Assembly: GCA_051294905.1 (NCBI GenBank)
Contig: CM119386.1
Span: forward strand, 8,494,001-8,558,000
DNA: 64,000 nucleotides
Source: Botryllus schlosseri
Taxonomy: Eukaryota
Direction: 5' to 3'
Of this stretch, positions 25,289 to 36,137 are shown one piece after another; within the stretch, counting starts at the first letter, position 1, and the number at the start of each line of letters is the position of its first letter. Under the pieces are notes generated by a model. The model was not told the origin of the DNA. It was given only the letters and a program-made list of their open reading frames with translations, and did no database searches. The position numbers and the translations under genes were made by a program.

Positions 25289-25795
25289 ATGCAGAATTCT
25301 GTACCGACGTTAGCGAGGCAGAGGTTGTGGAAAGATTTCATGAATCTGCATAAAGAACCATTGCCTTATATTGTGACAGTACCACTATCTTCCAACATTC
25401 TCGAGTGGCATTACGTTATCGTTGGGTCACCCGACAGCCCGTATGATGGTGGATTATATCATGGAAAACTAGTGTTTCCTCGAGAATTTCCGTTTCGCCC
25501 ACCAGCTATTTACATGATTACTCCATCAGGCCGCTTCCGAACCAACACAAGACTATGTCTGTCGATCAGCGATTACCATCCAGAGTCATGGAACCCAGTG
25601 TGGACTGTTGGATCTATACTGATTGGGCTACAGAGTTTCATGATGGAAGACACCGTTGCCGCTGGAACAACAGAAAGCACAGAAGAGCAGAAGCGACAAT
25701 ACGCTGCCAAGAGCAAACAATTCAATTGTCAAAATCCATTGTTCCGCGAGCTGTTCCCATCCCTAGTGGACGAGACGGATGCTAACCAATCTTAG
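25289..25795 (+). CDS. UBE2J2: Ubiquitin-conjugating enzyme E2, Ubc6/UBE2J2-like, single coding exon, 168 aa, no C-terminal transmembrane anchor
   Basis: Motifs LEWHYV, PYDGGLYHGKLVFPREFPFRPPAIYMITPSGRF and catalytic RLCLSISDYHPESWNP are diagnostic of class J E2s. First in-frame ATG is at 25289 (the ORF track starts at TTG 25277). Confidence 0.9.
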   Translation: MQNSVPTLARQRLWKDFMNLHKEPLPYIVTVPLSSNILEWHYVIVGSPDSPYDGGLYHGKLVFPREFPFRPPAIYMITPSGRFRTNTRLCLSISDYHPESWNPVWTVGSILIGLQSFMMEDTVAAGTTESTEEQKRQYAAKSKQFNCQNPLFRELFPSLVDETDANQS

Positions 25796-25869
25796 CTCGG
25801 CTCGCGAATGATCATTTCAATGCCTCAAGCTATAAGTTACTGGCCAATCTAATGAAAAGACGGCCAGAT

Positions 25870-26030
25870 CAATGTTCCCTCTAATCTGCGCACGTCCGCA
25901 TACTGCTGACAAAGTCGCCGCGCATAAAAAAGCCGAAGTGATGACCTGTTATTTTAGTCGTTACGCACTGTCGTCCTAGGGACCGCGCAGTGAGTGCGTG
26001 CAGACTTGTGAAAAATTAGAGGGAATATTG
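25870..26030. mobile_element. hAT MITE, CAATGTTCCC family, 75 bp after the E2 stop codon
   Basis: TIR caatgttccctctaat / attagagggaatattg; perfect TSD ggccagat. Confidence 0.92.
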
Positions 26031-26433
26031 GGCCAGATCCAATATGATCATGCAAACTTTGTTCTTCTGAAATACTGCTACTGAGATAAAGTTCAATTAT
26101 GCGTAGGATTATCTATTTACAGATGCATCTTCTTTCTGTAATGTTACTCTTTCCTCAAAATATAGAATGTTTACGTTTCTACAACCATAAAGGAGGCAAG
26201 GCCTTGCTACTCCCACCTATAACACTAAACACACAAAATATTTATGGAGTCCAGCGTTCACTGTCAAATTAGTTATATACAGAAGTCAAGGACGCGACAC
26301 CAATGTTGAAATTTCACAATAACAAAATACTGTGGGCGTGAGATGGGCACTATGATTGAAGTACTCTAATCCAAATCGAGAATAAATTGTAAAGATTTTA
26401 GTCGAATAATGAGACGATATATTAGTGTTAAAC

Positions 26434-26830
26434 CAGTGGTTCCCAACCTTTTTCGACCCATCGCCCCCTTTTCAAGGTCAACACCGATCATCGCCCCCCA
26501 AATTTTGTGCACCGATAATTGGGCATACAGACTGTTATCACTGGCGGGTTGACTAAAAAAAAAAAAAAAAAAAAGGTCATCTTTCACCGCTCAGAGCTGA
26601 AAATAACGTTTTTTCGCTCCGCATTGCTAGGTGGATGACTAAAAAAAAAAAAAAAAAAGGTCAGCCGATTTTACGCGTCATCGCCCCCCTATCGCCCCCT
26701 TCGCTATTTTCGCCCCCCGTCGCCCCCTTTGTCCATTTTCGCCCCCCTGTCGCCCCCTTCGTCATTTTCGCCCCCCTAGATCGCCAAATCGCCCCCTGGG
26801 GGGCGATATCGCCCACGTTGGGAACCACTG
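26434..26830. mobile_element. hAT (Buster-like) MITE with TCGCCCCC arrays
   Basis: TIR cagtggttcccaac / gttgggaaccactg; perfect TSD tgttaaac. Confidence 0.92.
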
Positions 26831-27640
26831 TGTTAAACCCTTGGGACCTTTAATTGGTTGTATCACCCCATTCGAAATGTGTAGTACAAAGACACACATC
26901 TAGGTGGAAAACACATTTCTGATCAATACAATCAACAAAATAGGTGCAGTCATAAAATCACCGTAAATGTGGCAGCAAACTAGCAACATTACCCTTATGG
27001 TCGCATACAGGGTACATATTTAGCTTACCACAACAGCAATGAATGATACTCACCGCCCAATACTCAATTCACAATCTAATACTTGATTTTGCCCAGCCTT
27101 GGTTAGCAATATACAGAAGCCAAGTCAAACATGGAAAATCAAGCAGCGAAAAATATTTTGAAGCAAAAAAAGCAGCACGCACAGAGGCCATCAAAATGCA
27201 GCGTGTCTATCCAGCATTCACATCATAGTTGCACACATGGCACGTTTCTTCCATGACAGATATTAGGGCTTGCAAGACAGCCAAGAAAAAAGCTACAAAA
27301 AAATAGAAAAGAATATTTTGAATCCTCCAACAAAACATGCTGTTAGGTAGCTTTACCTTTCAACTTGATGAAGTAAAGTTAACAGAATGGTTGACAGGTC
27401 TTTGAAGTAGGTTGAATGTCATAATATACAAGGCCGAAATAATACCAATTGCACAAGAGCATTTCATTCAGTACACCAGATGAGCTACTGGTGCTTCGTA
27501 AATATATTGATGAGTAGAGTTGGGCGCAATGATTCGATTGGCGAGAGATAATTTTTCCAGTACTGAAATTATACGCTCCATGCCAGCGTGAGCTGATTTA
27601 ACAACGATACTAGTATTTTATGTTGTCGAAGGCTCTACGG

Positions 27641-28055
27641 TAGGGTTCAAACATAACTTATTTCTCCGGATTCCGGGAATTCACTGATGTGATGCAAAAC
27701 AAATTTTACACAGTTCCATCCTGCAGAAGCGAAGATGTTTGAGTTTTTCATTCATAATTCTGGTTCACGGTTTATGCTATTTTTGCAAATTCAAAACTTT
27801 CAGCTGCAATAACTTTGCTTCGGCAGTTGGAATTGCGTCTAATTTGTTTTGCATCGTTTTTGTAGATAGCTAAACAATTTCATGGGGTTGACAGTAAAAT
27901 TTGAAATTTTATTTAATTGAAAAATTTCAATTGGCTCGGCGTATACTGGTTGGAATTGAGCCAAATTTGGTGTGCAACGTTTTTTTAAGCAATCTAACAA
28001 TTCAATCAGTGAATCCCCGGGATCCGGGGAAAAAAGTCATTTTTCAACAACCCTA
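27641..28055. mobile_element. Diverged copy of the TAGGGCTGTTC hAT MITE family
   Basis: Termini tagggttcaaacataac / gtcatttttcaacaacccta; internal similarity to 21017-21469; no matching TSD. Confidence 0.65.
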
Positions 28056-28596
28056 CAGTTCAGTGTACACCTTGATCGTTCGTACCGCAGCATACGAAAC
28101 ATAGAGCAAAAAGCTACGCACGTTTGGGAACATGACATGCGCAATGCCGCAACCAACCCACAGCATTTCCGAAATGTGCAATGAAATAGGTATGGCAGAA
28201 AAAATAACACATAATCTTTAATGTGATGTAGAACTGAAATCATATTCGTGGTGGTCGCATAAAATGCACATATTTGAACTTTCCCGATCGTCCATACTAT
28301 TGTGATGTCATCACCAGTGATACTCGATTTTGCCCAGCCCTACTGATGAGAGCTTTAAGAAAACCAAGGATGTCAAACAAACAAAAATATACCAGCATAT
28401 TCAGAGTGCTACGACTATAATTCACAAGATAAAGGTTCGTGAAGAGTCTAGGCAGCCTAGCAAAAAGAGCGGAGACAGTGGACCGAACGTGTGTCCTGGA
28501 GTAGCATTTACAAATTCGATATATACAAACGAGAAAAATGAAATCACCACAAACTATTGAGTGTAAACTCGTACTAAACGCATTCACTGAGAATTA

Positions 28597-31500
28597 TTAA
28601 ATACATTTGTGGTTCTTGAAACTCATGGCCAGGTATTTTCTTTTACACACCCCACACCTTGGGTAAGCCGAGCTGGTGTAATAATGCCTTTTTACATGTG
28701 ACTGCAGCCCCTTTCGGGTAACAAAAGTATCAGGACACTTGTGGCATTTGTAGGGCTTGCTCGGTTGATCTATTCGGTAGTCGTGAGTGTTCTCAATGTG
28801 TTCAAAATACTTATTTTTGGTTCGAAACTGCTCACGACAAAACTGGCACGTTATGCGCCCGCCGGCATTTTCAACATCTTTGGACACGACCATTACCTCG
28901 TCACAGACTTCTCTAGTCTTGTCGGTGGAATGCAGCCATGCCATATGGTCTTCAAGAAGGACTGAAGTCATAAATTGCTTTTCACAAATCCCGCATTCAT
29001 ATTCATCAATTTTTTGGATAGTATTGTCAGCAGACTCGTACTTTGCAGAATAATTTGGGATCTTCACCTCCCATTTTCCACCAATGAACTCCACAATTGC
29101 CATCCCGGCTGAAACCACTTGCTCTGGCAGCCTTTCAAGCTTGACAACCGGATTCCAATCGATCTCGTCTACAGACACATCTGTCATACAAGGCTGCTCA
29201 TTGCTGACTTGTTCCATAACCACTTCATTGCTGCTACTGTGGGCGTTAGCAGAGTCAGGTGGCGATATATTCTTGGAAGCATTCATCAACACATCACCTT
29301 CGTCCTTGCGTTGACATATTTTACAAACACAGTGAGTCTTGTGGGAGAATAAATGCCACAGACTTGAGATGAAAAACTTCTCTTTACATAACCTACACCG
29401 ATAGCAACTCCTCAATTGATGTTTTTCGAAGTGTCTTACCATTCTTTTGATGCTGAAATAGGACCTGCAGCAATACAAACATATAAAGTAATCCACAAGA
29501 CATGATTTGCATTTGACTTCTTGGTACTGTATCGGAAGCGTGGCGAAATCTATCGGTGAATGCTCAAGTTTCATGTGACGCTTCAGGGCACTGATGGACG
29601 GACAAAGTGTGCGGCATATGCGACAACAGAACCCATGCCTCAATTCGGCTCTCCGGTCATTTACTGCCTCCGTGGAATCACGCGTCGGTTCATTAGAGCT
29701 GTCAATAGGCTGACGTGGACAGAACGGCAGAAAGTTGACCTTCGGATGTTTCTCAACGCTTGAAAATGAGCTTTCAGTCTCTGAGGAGTCGTAGCAGTTC
29801 GGAAAATGAAATAACGGAGGAGAATCGTAGATATCTGGCGGAGCACCACTGAGTGCATTTTCCTCACTTTTACGATCGAAGTCTGGACAGCTATCGGGCA
29901 ACTCGGCATTTTTTGTCTGGGCGAAATCGGACATTTCTGAAGTAACAGATACGATATCGACAGGGTCGCAACAAGACATCTTGCTCGGCGGGGAGTTCTT
30001 TTCAACATGAGAACGAACGGGCTCGTTTACAGCTTGTATATCATTGTCACTGTCGCTAATGCAAAGGTCTGTTACGTCGGAGGAATTGCTTTCATGGGCC
30101 GGGTCCGGCAAAGGCAATCCCTCCTTACACTGCTGTGTGACGCTTTGGTTATCAGATTTGGAAAATGAAGTCTCCGTCTCAATCTTCGACGATTTTTCAA
30201 TTTCTTGATCACTACTCGGAGGCATTTGAACTGCTGCATCGCGTTGAGATTCATGAACTTCGTTGTCATGACACAAACCTGCCGGTGACACAGCTTCTGT
30301 ATTGAGAGTTTGAGGAATCTCATTTTCGTCCTCACTTTGTGTACACAATTTGATAGCTTCCACACCACTTCCAGGATCAGTAACGTCACACGTATTATCG
30401 ATTTCAGGGATAACAGGCTCCATTACCTGATCGCTCATCGCTTCGTTGCAATCCGTAAAGCCAGAGTGCTCATCTGCATGGATTTGTGTTTCAGCTGACA
30501 AAGGCAAATCCTTGATCGGAGTACTCATTTCAGAAATACAAAACAGCTTCCTGACAGTTTGACATGTGTCATCAAGAACTAGATGTGATTGATCAAATTG
30601 AGCATGATCTTGACTAAGCTTTCTGCAGGGTATTTCCAAATCATTGATAGCTTCATTTTGCATTTCTTCTATTTTTTGATTAGTCAATTTGGAGTCTTGT
30701 GCAGGTTCTTTACACTCTGGTATAATATGCTCGATCAACTCATCAGCCCTTGTTTCACTGTAATCCATAAGGCTGCAGCAGTCATCTGTAGAGCCATGCT
30801 TTTGAGCTGTGGAAGATGAATCCTTCACAGGACTATTGATCTCGGCAATGAATGACAGTTTTTCACCACCACGACTTGACTGATCTGTAGGATCAGAAAA
30901 TGGATGTGACTGATCAAATTGAGCATGTTCAGCTTGGTTGGGAGGTTCAACACTTGCCGTCTGTTGTTTTTCCACACTGGAGACATTGGTAGTTTCAAAC
31001 TGCATTTCTTCTTCCTTCTGCTCATTCAAGTTGCAATTTTGTTCTTCGTACTCTTCAGTAACAGTCGCCATCAACTGATCATCCATGGTGACCTGCACAA
31101 CGTTTGTTTTTGTAGGACTACACTGCGTGTGGTCAACCTGATTATCATTTTGTACGGTAGGCTCTATTGACGTGTCGGTGATTGTTTCACTGTAATCCAT
31201 AACGCCAGAGCAGTCATTACTGGAGACATGTCGGTTAGCAGTGCATGGCAAATCTGTGACAGGACAATTGACATCAGTAATAAATGACAACTTTTCAACA
31301 CAATGACTTGACTGATCCTTAGCCTGATCAAATTGCTCATGCTGAACTTGGTTGGGAGATTCAGACCTTGTCGTGAGTTGTTTTTCCCCATTCATAATTT
31401 CATTAGTTTGCATATCTTCCTCCTGCTTGGTCAATCCACAATTTTGTTCTTTGTATTCTTCAGAAACAGTGGCCATCAACTGATGATCTATGTGAACTTG

Positions 31501-31791
31501 GATAATGTTTGTCTTTGTGGGACTACAATACATCTGGTCAGCTTGGATATCGTTTTGAGGCGTTTGGGATATTGCAGAAAACTTCGCGACTCCATCAATG
31601 ATCTTTTCTGTTGTTTCTGCCATTGAGTTTGATGTAGTAATCAAGGAGCATCCACGTATGTCACTGTATTCACCATTCAATGCAAGATCCTTACAGCTAG
31701 ACAACACATCCACGCCAACGTTATCTACAACAGGACTCTGCATTGAAATGGAATATGAGTGTTCTTTGACAATCCCCTTTATTGATGTCAT
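28597..31791 (-). CDS. C2H2 zinc-finger protein, 1064 aa, single coding exon, with long acidic N-terminal half
   Basis: About six C-x2-C...H-x3-4-H motifs (e.g. CRICRTLCPSISALKRHMKLEH, CGICEKQFMTSVLLEDHMAWLH, CQFCREQFRTKNKYFEHIENTH, CHKCPDTFVTRKGLQSHVKRH) in a 3.2 kb uninterrupted ATG-to-TAA ORF. Confidence 0.88.
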   Translation of the reverse strand: MTSIKGIVKEHSYSISMQSPVVDNVGVDVLSSCKDLALNGEYSDIRGCSLITTSNSMAETTEKIIDGVAKFSAISQTPQNDIQADQMYCSPTKTNIIQVHIDHQLMATVSEEYKEQNCGLTKQEEDMQTNEIMNGEKQLTTRSESPNQVQHEQFDQAKDQSSHCVEKLSFITDVNCPVTDLPCTANRHVSSNDCSGVMDYSETITDTSIEPTVQNDNQVDHTQCSPTKTNVVQVTMDDQLMATVTEEYEEQNCNLNEQKEEEMQFETTNVSSVEKQQTASVEPPNQAEHAQFDQSHPFSDPTDQSSRGGEKLSFIAEINSPVKDSSSTAQKHGSTDDCCSLMDYSETRADELIEHIIPECKEPAQDSKLTNQKIEEMQNEAINDLEIPCRKLSQDHAQFDQSHLVLDDTCQTVRKLFCISEMSTPIKDLPLSAETQIHADEHSGFTDCNEAMSDQVMEPVIPEIDNTCDVTDPGSGVEAIKLCTQSEDENEIPQTLNTEAVSPAGLCHDNEVHESQRDAAVQMPPSSDQEIEKSSKIETETSFSKSDNQSVTQQCKEGLPLPDPAHESNSSDVTDLCISDSDNDIQAVNEPVRSHVEKNSPPSKMSCCDPVDIVSVTSEMSDFAQTKNAELPDSCPDFDRKSEENALSGAPPDIYDSPPLFHFPNCYDSSETESSFSSVEKHPKVNFLPFCPRQPIDSSNEPTRDSTEAVNDRRAELRHGFCCRICRTLCPSISALKRHMKLEHSPIDFATLPIQYQEVKCKSCLVDYFICLYCCRSYFSIKRMVRHFEKHQLRSCYRCRLCKEKFFISSLWHLFSHKTHCVCKICQRKDEGDVLMNASKNISPPDSANAHSSSNEVVMEQVSNEQPCMTDVSVDEIDWNPVVKLERLPEQVVSAGMAIVEFIGGKWEVKIPNYSAKYESADNTIQKIDEYECGICEKQFMTSVLLEDHMAWLHSTDKTREVCDEVMVVSKDVENAGGRITCQFCREQFRTKNKYFEHIENTHDYRIDQPSKPYKCHKCPDTFVTRKGLQSHVKRHYYTSSAYPRCGVCKRKYLAMSFKNHKCI

Positions 31792-32307
31792 GTTCGATAG
31801 TCGTTTATAGTCAAGAATATTGTTAGGGCAGCTATCATAAGGTAGTCAAGAAACTAAAAGAAATATAACTCCAGAAGGTAAGAACAATATAAATCAAAAT
31901 ATATATATCGTTACATTATAAAATTTGAATTTGCGATATAGACCCATATGCAATGAAATACAAATGTGTATCTGAAACCAAGAACATTTTTAAAGAACAG
32001 TGTCAACAACAATGAATATCATTGCAAATTCGTTAGCAAATCCTGTTAACATACATCAGGGTTGGAAAGCCAATGCAGCTTATTTTTATACCGAATACCG
32101 TGCATATTGGTATGTTCGAGAAATATATACAAATCATCAAACTCAATAGTAAAGTCTAGATCAGGTGAATGTTGCTGGAGTGCATCCACGGAGCCTTTCA
32201 GACTAGAAGTATGAAACAGTTATACCAAATCTTATAAAATGTTAACCTCAAGCACTCGGTATAGCGACGAAAATTCGCAGACTAACATAATCGTAACAAA
32301 AATATCA

Positions 32308-33402
32308 TCACCTAGGTGTGTAGTGTCTCGAGTTGGGTATAGGGGTACACGGTTGGTTGGATTTATCAGCTCTGACAAAATACTTTGAAGAGAGTGATCT
32401 GGGATCTGCAGTAGGAGACGGCTTCAAATTCTCAATGATATTCTGCTGCGAGGATCTCCTATTGTCATATCGGAACGAGTCTGCAGAATCTGATAGTCTT
32501 GAAGATTTGTGAAATTTTGGATCCATTGAATCGTATGTTCCGATGACTGAGCTTGGCCGCGATCCAGTAGCAAAAGCAGGTGATCTATTAACACTCACAA
32601 CAGGGGATGTAATTCGACCTCCGCAACCTGGTTTAATTGTTACCTGCGTAGGAGTGCCCATTCTGCCATTCGAAGGTGGCGGTCTAACTGACAACCTTTT
32701 TCTATTTATGTTCTGCCTCTCCAAGAAGGGACTAGGAGTGCCATAACGACTTTGTGATAACGGTGTAATTGGGGTGGCCGGTGAAATGAAATTACTACCA
32801 CCACGTTGAAAAGAGGCAGATACGTTCATTGGAGACTGATGTGGAGATGGCCGCTTACTAAACGCTTCGACAAATGGGGATGCGACACTTGGACTTGTTA
32901 GTAAATTACGTGGCGTTGTTGGCCTTTGCATCTGACCAGATTCATGTGCCTTCAAACTCCTTACGTACATCAACAGCATGGTTTTATCATTCACAGTTTT
33001 CTCCAAATTAGCTTGCAAACCTTCCTTCTCTTTATTCATCTTTGCGAATTGCTCTTCTGCTTTGGCGATAATCTTGCCCATGCTTTCAATTTTCTTACCC
33101 TGGATCTCAATTTGTTTTCTCATCTGTTTCATCAATAAGGACCTATGTGTAGCCTGAAACCTCATGATTTCAACCTGTTTCTTGATCTGTGATTCAGGTA
33201 CCGTGAAAAATGCCTTCAAGTGCTGATCGAGTTTATCATTCAACTCTTTAACATGACAGGTCGATTGGCATACGGGGCAATTAAATTGAGCTCCTCTGCC
33301 GGCACAGGACTCGCAGAATATGTGACTGCATGTCGAAATTAAAAATCTCACGTTCTTAGAAGGCTGTCGGCAGCATACGTTACAGTGTACCCAATCTCCC
33401 AT
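32308..33402 (-). CDS. RNF212: RNF212/Zip3/ZHP-3-like RING E3 ligase (meiotic crossover factor family), 364 aa, single coding exon
   Basis: Starts MGDWVHCNVC (family-typical DWVHCN), C3HC4 RING, then EFQ-like MRFQATHR motif, coiled coil and S/T-P-rich disordered tail. ATG at 33402; the GTG start in the ORF track (33495) is probably UTR/intron. RNF212 versus RNF212B cannot be resolved. Confidence 0.85.
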   Translation of the reverse strand: MGDWVHCNVCCRQPSKNVRFLISTCSHIFCESCAGRGAQFNCPVCQSTCHVKELNDKLDQHLKAFFTVPESQIKKQVEIMRFQATHRSLLMKQMRKQIEIQGKKIESMGKIIAKAEEQFAKMNKEKEGLQANLEKTVNDKTMLLMYVRSLKAHESGQMQRPTTPRNLLTSPSVASPFVEAFSKRPSPHQSPMNVSASFQRGGSNFISPATPITPLSQSRYGTPSPFLERQNINRKRLSVRPPPSNGRMGTPTQVTIKPGCGGRITSPVVSVNRSPAFATGSRPSSVIGTYDSMDPKFHKSSRLSDSADSFRYDNRRSSQQNIIENLKPSPTADPRSLSSKYFVRADKSNQPCTPIPNSRHYTPR

Positions 33403-34150
33403 TTTCTTTCTTTTGCTCCGTTTTCGGGCAAGGAGTGTGACAATGACAAGGGAACTAAACAGTTTCGTAGCAAACCCTCGAATTCCAGAAGTCAATTATC
33501 GCAAAGCCTCAAGCGGTGCAGAATAAGAATGGTTCCACCAGTATTGTATACCTATACCAAACTTAAGCACATACAACAATATCGAATTTTGCAAAGCATC
33601 TGCGTCGTGAAGAAAACACAAATGCGTAGATCACGTGCCTTTTGCGCGGTTCGGCTTCCGAGCAGAACGAGTGTCTCCGCCAACCTACTAACCTACTTAC
33701 CTCCGTAGGTTAGTAATCTATAGTCAAACAATCTCTGACTAATGTGATAACCCAAGTCGCAATTTTACTGTAACCTGATTTATCAGCTTGAAAATGAAGA
33801 ATTACGCGACATTGTTTATTTATACAAAGCGCCAAATATCACTGACCTTGTTACTCCCTGATGACATTTTGCAAGTTCACGACTCAGTCCTTTCCACTCT
33901 ATTAGATTTCTATTGCATCACGATCATGGCATTTAGAACGATAATGAACAACAACAGACGAACGAATGACACGACTACCTCATACGACTCGAGTCACTAA
34001 CGAGACCTGTTCTCAGTCCATACGATTTCGGTAATCTACTGCGTGCATGGCGAGATTCACTACTTATTTACTAAACCAGTGGCCCCAAAAATTTGTGACG
34101 AACTAGATAAAAAGGATAAATCGCTCGCGGTTCACTGTCAGTTCAATTCG

Positions 34151-34400
34151 GTCTATTAGCAATTTTTATCAGTTCAATACACCAAAAAATGCGATACAAT
34201 GAAAAGATAGGTAGGTGTCGAAACGAGTTGGAGTAGTGAAGTCATCTTTGGAATCAGACACCCACCTGGGCCTAGGCGATGTAAAGAGGAGAGACATCCA
34301 CACTGGATGGAAAGTAAAAGAAGCAAATATAAAGTGGCAAGTGACGGAAGGAGATATCGATGTGTCAGGTCGTGGCCCGGTAAATGGTGAGGGCTGACTA
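34151..34400 (-). mobile_element. L2/CR1-like 3' end (family A)
   Basis: Colinear with the other family A copies. Confidence 0.75.
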
Positions 34401-34865
34401 GCAGGCTATTCACTAGTATCCAACCATCCTATACGTCGATTCGGTGCGATATATCATATAACATCTCAAAACTTCATCATCCTCGTTGAACACGCGTTTG
34501 AATGTGTCCTCATAAACTTGCGTTCATTAAGTGTCGATGAATAATTAGTCTATTCGTTGTTTGATTGGTTAGTGAGATAACTCAAAGTGACCAGGAACAT
34601 CTGCAGAGAGCGTTGATGACGGATTTCGTGCGCCTTCTACGACCGCGGATGATGTGACCACATATTCATAAATCTGGCTTTGGTTCTCAGAGAGGAAGTG
34701 TGAGTCGTTAATGTACGGATTTTCCTAAACAGTGACATCGCTTGTAGCGCCCCACGATCTCCCAATTTGTAGTTAGCTTTCTCTTCGAATTCGCAAACGC
34801 CCCTGGGGGCGCTAGCGCTCACTTTAGGAATAACTGCGAAGTGGGTACCTGATGAACAGGTAAGT

Positions 34866-34930
34866 TGTTTCGGCACCCCCTATCTTTTCATTATATCATA
34901 ATCTTGTGGTGTTTTGATGAATATTTTAAT
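34866..34930 (+). mobile_element. Short fragment of family A in the opposite orientation
   Basis: cctatcttttcattatatcataatcttgtggtgttttgatgaatattttaataaaa matches the reverse complement of the family A terminus. Confidence 0.5.
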
Positions 34931-35209
34931 AAAATGATAATCTCCTTAAAAAAGAAATCGAGGCTAGGTTGCCCTCACGCGTAATTGAAGTGACCTCGTC
35001 AAACATGCAGTTTGCTGGAAGGGTATGGAAAGGAATTCGTGAATTATAGCAAAATCGCTGTGAACGACAATCAGAGTAGGTTTCAAGGGATAATTTGAGT
35101 GTCAAAGTAACAAAATCCATAATCGTGAATTACCTGATATCTTGAACACACCAGTTCTGCACCACCTGATGATAACTGCATCCTCTCACATGAATTAAGA
35201 AGTTATGAA

Positions 35210-35395
35210 CAATGTTCCCCCTAATTTTTCACGAGTCTGCGCGCACTCACCAACTCACTGCGCGGTCCCTTGGACAACAGTGCGTAACGACTAAAAACAA
35301 GGTCATCACTTCAGATTTTGTGTGCGCAGCGTAGATTTTCTGTGCACAGAGACCGTGTCAGCACTGCGCAATTATGCAGCTTAGTGGGAATATTG
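35210..35395. mobile_element. hAT MITE, CAATGTTCCC family
   Basis: TIR caatgttccccctaa / ttagtgggaatattg; perfect TSD gttatgaa. Confidence 0.92.
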
Positions 35396-36137
35396 GTTAT
35401 GAACCCTAAATATAGTCTTCAACATCAGTTTGTGCTTCAACAGACTCTGCATCTACGAGCATAAACATAACTCAACCAGACTAAATGTGGCATCATCTCT
35501 TGAATGCTACATTATTTTTCGAGTTTCTACAAATCCTTTACCATCCTGTGAGGCTGAACTATCACGCATCACACACGAGGGCAGCAACAGTTTTGAAGCA
35601 ACGACTCAAGCAGAAGAACTCATGAAAGTCTCAGTAGCCCGCAAGCTATCAATCGAGCAAATTGCCGTATATTGAGAATCCAGGTACTACTGTGCAACAA
35701 ATGAAGGTAAATTCCGTAACGTACATCTACTATACAATCCTCTTCCGCACGTTCGGTAAGCAAAATACAAAATAATGGGAGATTGAAGATAGCAACATCA
35801 CTGAAGCAACATCGAGAGCAGATTATCACGGGCGCGAAGCAGCGTCACAGATCAGAAACGCCTTCGATTAAGCGGTCCGTTTTAATACTAACACAACGCA
35901 CAATCGGGGTGGCCTCTTCACCACCAAACGCACTGCACGTTGTCACTACTGCCACAAAGAAAGCGCGACCGATCAGTCGATCTTGACAACATGATCGCAT
36001 CGGGAGAAAAGGGCCGACAAAACGCCGCGAATCTGCACCGACAGGCAAGTAATATGAATGGTTGACAATGCGACTAACAAAAAAAAGACTACGTCACGAG
36101 GCGCCGCCGATGGTCGACTTGAGCCTCGTTATTCGGT

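Noticed and set aside
26630-26830. CRISPR-like array (TCGCCCCC repeats; also GCGCCCCC at 19860-19965)
   Set aside because: Repeats are 8-9 bp subterminal motifs inside hAT TIRs with TSDs, in a eukaryotic context, with no spacers of CRISPR length.
32308-33495. 395-aa RNF212 ORF starting at GTG 33495
   Set aside because: The family N-terminus begins at ATG 33402 (MGDWVHC), and a likely acceptor (tgtttag) lies between, so the extension is probably non-coding.
35430-36050. Short ORFs between RNF212-like and 14-3-3
   Set aside because: No motifs and multiple stops in all frames; probably 3'UTR or intergenic.
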